From Sedimentisphaeraceae bacterium JB056 (GTDB lineage: Bacteria; Planctomycetota; Phycisphaerae; Sedimentisphaerales; Sedimentisphaeraceae): a DNA stretch of 64,000 nt. This document shows positions 58,321-64,000 of this stretch, piece after piece. Position numbers and translations under genes: made by a program. The stretch is taken from assembly GCA_044440125.1 (NCBI GenBank), contig JBITAJ010000028.1, forward strand, positions 32,001 through 96,000. Direction: 5' to 3'. Positions within the stretch are counted from its first letter, which is position 1. Each line of letters begins with the position of its first letter. The notes under the pieces were generated by a model. It saw only the letters and a list, made by a program, of their open reading frames with translations. It was not told where the DNA came from and did no database searches.

Positions 58321-59931
58321 TTAAACCAAACTGAATATGCCGTATGAGAAGGGCTGCATTTTAAGCCTCATCTTTTTGCCGGCAGCTTTGATTTCCACGC
58401 CTTCAACAAAAACCGGCTCAGTATCACCCTTACCGATAATATCAAAAGATGCTGAAGTCTCATTCTTAGTCGGGTTCAATGCCACTATAAATTTCTCTCT
58501 TCCTTTATTTCTCATATAAACCAACGGATATTTTTTCTTCTTGGCAAATAGAGGAGTGAAACCTCCATCGGCAGAAAGAGCTTCACTGCTGTTTCTTAGC
58601 TCAATCAACTGCTTTACAGTATGAAGGAGCGAATCTTTGTCTCTCATGCAGGAAGTTACAGTCGGAGCTGAACGATCTTTGTCTACAGGCAGATACAACT
58701 CTGATGCCGGAGCATTAGAGAAACCCTTGTTCTTCTTGCCTGACCATTGCATTGGAGTTCTTGAACCGGTCCTTCCGTATCCGCCCTCTTTTGAATCAAG
58801 ACCCGGTATATATCTCATACCGATTTCATCACCGTAATATATAAACGGCACTCCAGGCTGGGTAAGGATGAAAGTCATAGCGACCTTAAGTTCTTCCAAG
58901 CTTCTTTCTGTGTTAAGGCGGCTGATGTCATGATTGCCGGAAGGTATGGAGATATACCCCTTCTTACGAAGCGATTTGTAATGCGACATGAAAGAATCCA
59001 TAAACACAGAGACATTCCCCTTGCCTTCCGCATCAAATATACTGTTTCCCGGATCTGTGCCAACACCAAAACAATCCCTAACAGGCTCTTGACGCAACAA
59101 TGCCGTATAGGCAGGATCATGAAAATGCAGCATAAAGTCAATATGGAAACCAGCTTTTACGGCTGCCGCAGGACTGCCCCATTCAGAGATAAGCACTGCC
59201 TCGGGATATTTCTCGCTAAGACTCTGGCGAATATTTTGCCACAGTTTACTCGTCTCTTTCCAGCCGGGATCATTCTTAACAAGAGAAGAAGCCATATCTA
59301 CGCGGAAACCGTCAGCTCCCATATCAAGCCAGAAACTCATTATATTTTTGAGTTCTTCTCTTGTCGCAATAGAATCCGGATGATCAACGGGCAACTGCCA
59401 AGGCTTATTTTTTTCTGGTTTTGCAAATCCATAGTTCAAAGCCGGCTGAGTATAAAAGAAATTAGTTATATAACGGCCATTTCGGTTACCAAAACCATTT
59501 ATACCTGTCATACCACCGGTATCCTGATCCCAGACATTATCCGTCCATACATACCTATTGGTATATTCATTCTTCTGAGCTTTAGCCGACTCTTTAAACC
59601 ATGCATGTTCCATTGAAGTATGCCCGGGAACAAGATCAAGACAAACTTTAATATCAAGTTTGTGCGCTTCCTTGAACAATTTCTTCAGATCAGCATTGGT
59701 TCCATAACGATCAGCGACTTTATAATAATCGCTGACATCATAACCGGCATCATCAAATGGGGATTCAAAACAAGGATTTATCCATATAGCATTAAAACCG
59801 AGAGATTTTATATAATCAAGCTTTTCGATAATACCCGGTATATCACCTATTCCATCATCATTGCTATCATAAAAACTTTGCGGATATATCTCATAAAAAA
59901 CGGCTTTGGAAAGCCATGACGGCATATTCAT
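58321..59931 (-). CDS. GH13 alpha-amylase family glycoside hydrolase
   Basis: YEIYPQSF.DSN.DGIGD, GYDVSDY, DGFRVDMA, SEW, NHD and YYGDEIGM motifs. Confidence 0.9.
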   Translation of the reverse strand: MNMPSWLSKAVFYEIYPQSFYDSNDDGIGDIPGIIEKLDYIKSLGFNAIWINPCFESPFDDAGYDVSDYYKVADRYGTNADLKKLFKEAHKLDIKVCLDLVPGHTSMEHAWFKESAKAQKNEYTNRYVWTDNVWDQDTGGMTGINGFGNRNGRYITNFFYTQPALNYGFAKPEKNKPWQLPVDHPDSIATREELKNIMSFWLDMGADGFRVDMASSLVKNDPGWKETSKLWQNIRQSLSEKYPEAVLISEWGSPAAAVKAGFHIDFMLHFHDPAYTALLRQEPVRDCFGVGTDPGNSIFDAEGKGNVSVFMDSFMSHYKSLRKKGYISIPSGNHDISRLNTERSLEELKVAMTFILTQPGVPFIYYGDEIGMRYIPGLDSKEGGYGRTGSRTPMQWSGKKNKGFSNAPASELYLPVDKDRSAPTVTSCMRDKDSLLHTVKQLIELRNSSEALSADGGFTPLFAKKKKYPLVYMRNKGREKFIVALNPTKNETSASFDIIGKGDTEPVFVEGVEIKAAGKKMRLKMQPFSYGIFSLV

Positions 59932-59975
59932 AATTCTATCTAACTTTCTTACAATCTAACTTTAACTTCAACAAT

Positions 59976-60494
59976 TTAACTGCTCTTCTCAAGTTCGAGC
60001 ATTCTACGTTTTATATCTACTGCACCTTCAATATTTTTCATAAAACCACCAAGCTTACCGTCTGCCCTGATAACCCTGTGACAGGGTATAAACAACGGCA
60101 AGGGATTTCTCGACAATATATTGCCTACGGCACGAACTGATTTCGGAAAACCAGAATCAGTAGCAAGCTGAGTATAACTTTTAACCTCACCATAAGGTAT
60201 TTTACGACAGTTATCAAGTATACTTCGTGAAAAATCACTGCCAAAAGGCATACTCAACGGTATATCATCAAATATCACTTTTTCACCTTCATAATAATCA
60301 CAAACGCGTTTTATGACATCTTTCGAAAAGCTGTCAAGTTCATTTGAAGGATTATTAGCATTTCTAAGCTCGGAAACCCTGTTAACTCCAGGAAGTACAA
60401 AACTGACCACTTCCTCATGACCTATAGTAATTGAGGCCAATCCGAAAGCTGTCTTAAATACATAATTCGAAACCGGTAATTCTATATTCTGCAT
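59976..60494 (-). CDS. ogt: Methylated-DNA-protein-cysteine methyltransferase
   Basis: IPYGE..SY, RAVG and NPLPLFIPCHRV (active-site Cys) motifs; start approximate. Confidence 0.9.
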   Translation of the reverse strand: MQNIELPVSNYVFKTAFGLASITIGHEEVVSFVLPGVNRVSELRNANNPSNELDSFSKDVIKRVCDYYEGEKVIFDDIPLSMPFGSDFSRSILDNCRKIPYGEVKSYTQLATDSGFPKSVRAVGNILSRNPLPLFIPCHRVIRADGKLGGFMKNIEGAVDIKRRMLELEKSS

Positions 60495-60731
60495 AACAAA
60501 ACCCCAACAATCAAACAATACCAAGATGCCCAATCTGCATTTTTATTTCATTATAACGGTCGTATATATAAATGCTAACAAAAAATTGCTAATACCGACT
60601 TGAAAAATTAAGTTATTTTAAGCTTCTAAAATAGCTATTTTCAATTATAATAGGTATTAAGATCCAGATGCTTAGCCTTCTGCAAAGTTTCCGGATAGTT
60701 ATGCTTTTGACTTAAAGGAAACAGATAAAAT

Positions 60732-61850
60732 ATGAGAATCAGAAAGCTGCCATCGTTAAGGATCGGCAACTGGGAATCACGTCTCCCCATAATACAGGGA
60801 GGCATGGGCGTTGGAATATCACTTTCAGGCTTAGCTTCTGCCGTGGCCAATGCCGGCGGCATAGGCGTGATTGCCACTGCCGGTATAGGAATGTTCGAAC
60901 CAGACCACCTTACAAATTTTAAAGAGGCAAATAGAAGAGCCTTAGGAAAAGAGATCCGTAAAGCCAAATCCCTGACAAACGGTATTATAGGCGTTAATAT
61001 AATGGTTGCCCTCTCTGACTTTGATGACTTGATTCAATGTGCAGTGGATGAGCATGCAAACATACTTTTCCTCGGGGCAGGTTTACCTATAAGACTCCCT
61101 AAAACACTGCCTCTGGACAAATTAGGACAATTAGACACGAAATTGGTACCTATAGTTTCCTCTGCAAAGGCAGCAAACGTTATATTCAAATCATGGGCCA
61201 AACAATTCAACCATGTACCTGACGCGGTAGTCGTAGAAGGACCGTTGGCAGGAGGACATCTGGGCTTCAAACCCGAGCAGATCAATAATCCTGATTACTC
61301 GCTTAAGAACATAGTTCCGAAAGTCATATCCGCAATTGAACCTTTTGAAAAACAATTCAGTAAAGAGATACCTGTAATTGCCGCCGGTGGTATATATGAT
61401 GGAGAAGACATATACGAAATCATCAAACTCGGGGCAAAAGGTGTCCAGATGGGAACAAGGTTTGTAGCCACAAAAGAAAGTGATACCTCACCACAATTCA
61501 AGGATTCCTACCTCAATTGCAAAAAAGAAGACATTGTAATAATAAAAAGTCCGGTCGGATTACCTGGTCGAGCAATAAAAAACGAGTTTCTTACAAGAGT
61601 ATCTGAAGGCAAAACTGAGACATTCAAATGTCCATGGAAATGCCTGAGAAGCTGCGACTTCAAGAATGTTCCTTACTGTATCGCTTTGGCGTTGAGTAAT
61701 GCTAAATTGGGAAAAGTAGAAGATGGTTTCGCGTTCGCAGGTGCAAACGCCTACCGCGTCAATGAAATATTGTCAGTAAGAGAGCTGACTGAAGTTCTTG
61801 AAAAAGAATACTCTGCATGTATTGAAAAAGACGGTCCAAAACCGTTATAA
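60732..61850 (+). CDS. Nitronate monooxygenase / FabK-FabX-like FMN enzyme
   Basis: PIIQGGMG, EGPLAGGHLG, IAAGGI and VQMGTRF motifs; C-terminal CPWKCLRSC...YC. Confidence 0.85.
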   Translation: MRIRKLPSLRIGNWESRLPIIQGGMGVGISLSGLASAVANAGGIGVIATAGIGMFEPDHLTNFKEANRRALGKEIRKAKSLTNGIIGVNIMVALSDFDDLIQCAVDEHANILFLGAGLPIRLPKTLPLDKLGQLDTKLVPIVSSAKAANVIFKSWAKQFNHVPDAVVVEGPLAGGHLGFKPEQINNPDYSLKNIVPKVISAIEPFEKQFSKEIPVIAAGGIYDGEDIYEIIKLGAKGVQMGTRFVATKESDTSPQFKDSYLNCKKEDIVIIKSPVGLPGRAIKNEFLTRVSEGKTETFKCPWKCLRSCDFKNVPYCIALALSNAKLGKVEDGFAFAGANAYRVNEILSVRELTEVLEKEYSACIEKDGPKPL

Positions 61851-61910
61851 GAAAATAAAGCTGATGCTGATGCGGGCAACGCTTTATTCATACACAAAAT
61901 TTAAAACAAG

Positions 61911-61952
61911 AAAAAACCCCATAGGCTGTTTGCCTGATGGGGTTTTGTTTTT
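61911..61952. terminator. Bidirectional terminator between the NMO-family gene and rpsI
   Basis: AAAACCCCAT-AGGC...GCCT-GATGGGGTTTT. Confidence 0.7.
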
Positions 61953-61972
61953 CTGTAAAGAAAGAAGCAAGA

Positions 61973-62458
61973 TCAACGTTTTGAGAACTGGAATTTCCTT
62001 CTCGCACCTCTTTGACCAGGTTTCTTACGCTCTTTCATTCTGCCATCACGTGTAAGCATACTGTTATCACGCAGTGGTTTGAGGAAACTTTCATCATAGT
62101 TTGTAAGAGCTCTTGCAATACCAAGCAAGGCCGCTCCGGCCTGTCCTGTAGTACCACCACCTGTTACGTTGATATAGATATCAAAGTTGTTTTCAACATC
62201 ACAGCACTTCAAAGGAGCAACAACTGTCTGTCTGTCCTGTGTAAGACTGAAATATTCCTCAACTTTTTTATCATTAACAATAAGTGTACCGCTACCTGGT
62301 TTGATACGTACACGTGCTACCGAACTTTTACGTCTTCCAACACCCCAAATGAAACCGCCCTTGTCCGGGGTTTGCTTTTTGGTCTTCGGAGCTGCTGCCA
62401 CGCTAACAGGGGCAACAACACTCGGATCGATCATTGGGCTTTGAGCATTATCTGTCAT
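61973..62458 (-). CDS. rpsI: 30S ribosomal protein S9
   Basis: GRRKSSVARV, GGG.TGQAGA and LTRD.R.KERKKPG...AR..FQFSKR motifs. Confidence 0.97.
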   Translation of the reverse strand: MTDNAQSPMIDPSVVAPVSVAAAPKTKKQTPDKGGFIWGVGRRKSSVARVRIKPGSGTLIVNDKKVEEYFSLTQDRQTVVAPLKCCDVENNFDIYINVTGGGTTGQAGAALLGIARALTNYDESFLKPLRDNSMLTRDGRMKERKKPGQRGARRKFQFSKR

Positions 62459-62470
62459 ATTTCATACCCC

Positions 62471-62905
62471 TTATATAGAGAGTTCCATTTTCTGAGGCTG
62501 CTGAGCGATATGGTCGTGCTCAGGGCCACGATATACTTTAAGCTTTTTAAGCATACTGCGTCCAAGTTTGCTCTTAGGAAGCATCCTCTTCACAGCCAGC
62601 TCTACTACTCTTTCCGGCTTGTCTTCCATCATATCCTGGAATGAGACATATTTATGTCCGCCAGGAAAGCGTGTATAATAATCATACATCTTCTGGTCTT
62701 TTTTCCTACCGGTAACTTTTATCTTTTCGGCATTTACTATAATGACATAGTCGCCTGTATCAACATGCGGGGTGTAAGTCGGCTTGTTCTTACCCATAAG
62801 GATAGTCGCAACACTCGACGCAAGTCTACCGAGCACGAGATCTTCGGCGTCTACAAGCAGCCATTTCTGGTCTACTTCGCCATTTTTTGCCATAAAACTT
62901 TTCAT
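62471..62905 (-). CDS. rplM: 50S ribosomal protein L13
   Basis: W.LVDA...LGRLAS, GKNKPTYTPHVDTGD and HIAQQP motifs. Confidence 0.97.
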   Translation of the reverse strand: MKSFMAKNGEVDQKWLLVDAEDLVLGRLASSVATILMGKNKPTYTPHVDTGDYVIIVNAEKIKVTGRKKDQKMYDYYTRFPGGHKYVSFQDMMEDKPERVVELAVKRMLPKSKLGRSMLKKLKVYRGPEHDHIAQQPQKMELSI

Positions 62906-63241
62906 ATCTGTTAATACTCCGTTCGTAATTATTTTTTGAACCTAACAAGTCAAGTTGCGAGATTATAATAGGCGCAGCTCAAATGTCAAGTATTTAAAAA
63001 ATCCAACGTCAGAACACTTTACGCAAGCATCCTTCAAATAAGTAGTCTTTTTCCAGTTCTACAAGTATGCGAACCCGGCAAGAAACGCATCACAGGTCGT
63101 GTTTATCTGGCGGTTGAACGGGCACCATCATCAAAACATGAAAAACCGAAAGGCCGGATTATACACAATAAAATCCGAAAATCTACAATTTTCCGCAAAA
63201 TTTAGACCAAAATAAGCTTTTTCTTCAAAAAAGAATTAATC

Positions 63242-64000
63242 TCAATTGAAGTCAAGAGTAATTTCATAATCGTCTTTGTGTACTTTAATTATGCCGCTTT
63301 CATAATCCGAGGAAATAAAAGGACTTTCAAAAAGTTTTGCAGGTTTATAATCGATTTGCTCGCCGTTAACTGCGGGAATCTGTGAATTTGCCGCATTGAA
63401 CTCGAAAACAATCTGCTCTTTAACCTTATTTGCAGTCTTATACTGCAATATATACCAGCCGGGCACAACCGTCTTAAGAAGAGCCACCTGACCATCAAGA
63501 ATATACTCAGAAAAGCTCTCAAGAGTCGGGAAATCTTTTTGCGTAGCAGTATCAATGATTACAGGACTATAAATATCCTTAAGTTTTATAATTGATCTGT
63601 CCTGATTCCATCTGTACGAATCTTTATCGATATTCGCATAAGGGCTGCTTGAAGCCTTTAAGTCGAACCATGCAGAAGACCCTCTGTGGTCCGCAGTAAA
63701 CTGCCCTTTAACAATCCTTATAGCTGTATAAGCGCGTCCTTCATGGACAAATATCCAGCCATCCTTTTCCATAATCTCATCAACTTCAGGGGATACGTAA
63801 ATGCCAATCGGCAATGCTACATGATTTTTTTGAGGAAACCATTGAGGACTCACGGAAATAGTACTTCTTGCCTGCTGGATTACCATTGTACCCTTATTCT
63901 GAACTGTCCTGAAATTACCACTTTCAGAAGCCAGAGACCAGGTATCATTGTCGGCAACATCAATAGACCATGGGAATATTGCCATCCCAGGTATCGTAGA
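63242..64000 (-). CDS. C-terminal part of a hypothetical protein, truncated by window edge
   Basis: Frame stays open past the listed ATG to the window end (STIPG-MAIF...); beta-rich; no recognised family. Confidence 0.6.
   Translation of the reverse strand, partial: STIPGMAIFPWSIDVADNDTWSLASESGNFRTVQNKGTMVIQQARSTISVSPQWFPQKNHVALPIGIYVSPEVDEIMEKDGWIFVHEGRAYTAIRIVKGQFTADHRGSSAWFDLKASSSPYANIDKDSYRWNQDRSIIKLKDIYSPVIIDTATQKDFPTLESFSEYILDGQVALLKTVVPGWYILQYKTANKVKEQIVFEFNAANSQIPAVNGEQIDYKPAKLFESPFISSDYESGIIKVHKDDYEITLDFN

Noticed and set aside
63010..63180. GC-richer stretch upstream of rplM with GGTCGTG...CTGGCG, reminiscent of a ZTP riboswitch or 6S RNA
   Set aside because: No consistent P1/P3 pairing or CGCCTGGGC element found by eye, and the orientation is away from any purine gene

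Overview
Bacterial chromosome segment, most likely Planctomycetota (Phycisphaerae/Sedimentisphaerales-like). This is an inference from the large planctomycete-type sigma factor, the PVC-type GyrA QRDR (HPHGESVVYPT) and a planctomycete-like REP motif. Bases 1-10 kb hold an AT-rich, minus-strand surface-polysaccharide locus: ugd, wzx, a NeuA-KdsC fusion, a short NeuB, a putative nonulosonate transferase, a CapA-like protein, an Asn-synthase-like protein and wzy, preceded by a structured JUMPstart/ops-like leader. The rest is mostly housekeeping genes (trkH, lptB, hflKC, aminopeptidase, fucose isomerase, nfnA-like, pflA, accD, hisC, rplU, amtB-glnK, purH, gyrA, lon, obgE, ogt, rplM-rpsI) with accessory genes interspersed. 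The most notable observation is a 110-aa bacterial histone-fold protein (39621-39953) with a 54-aa, 23-lysine H1-like N-terminal tail, downstream of an Rrf2-MazG pair. Also notable: a stand-alone 1258-aa nuclease-STAND (Avs-like) candidate defence gene; a six-BON-domain gene interrupted by one in-frame TAG; a KDN-type nonulosonate pathway; a TrkH with a voltage-sensor-like N-terminus; and several unexplained structured intergenic elements (10.1-10.2, 23.8-23.9, 25.2, 26.5-26.7 and 27.7-27.9 kb). No rRNA, tRNA, CRISPR array or transposase was seen. All calls come from reading motifs by eye; no database searches were run.
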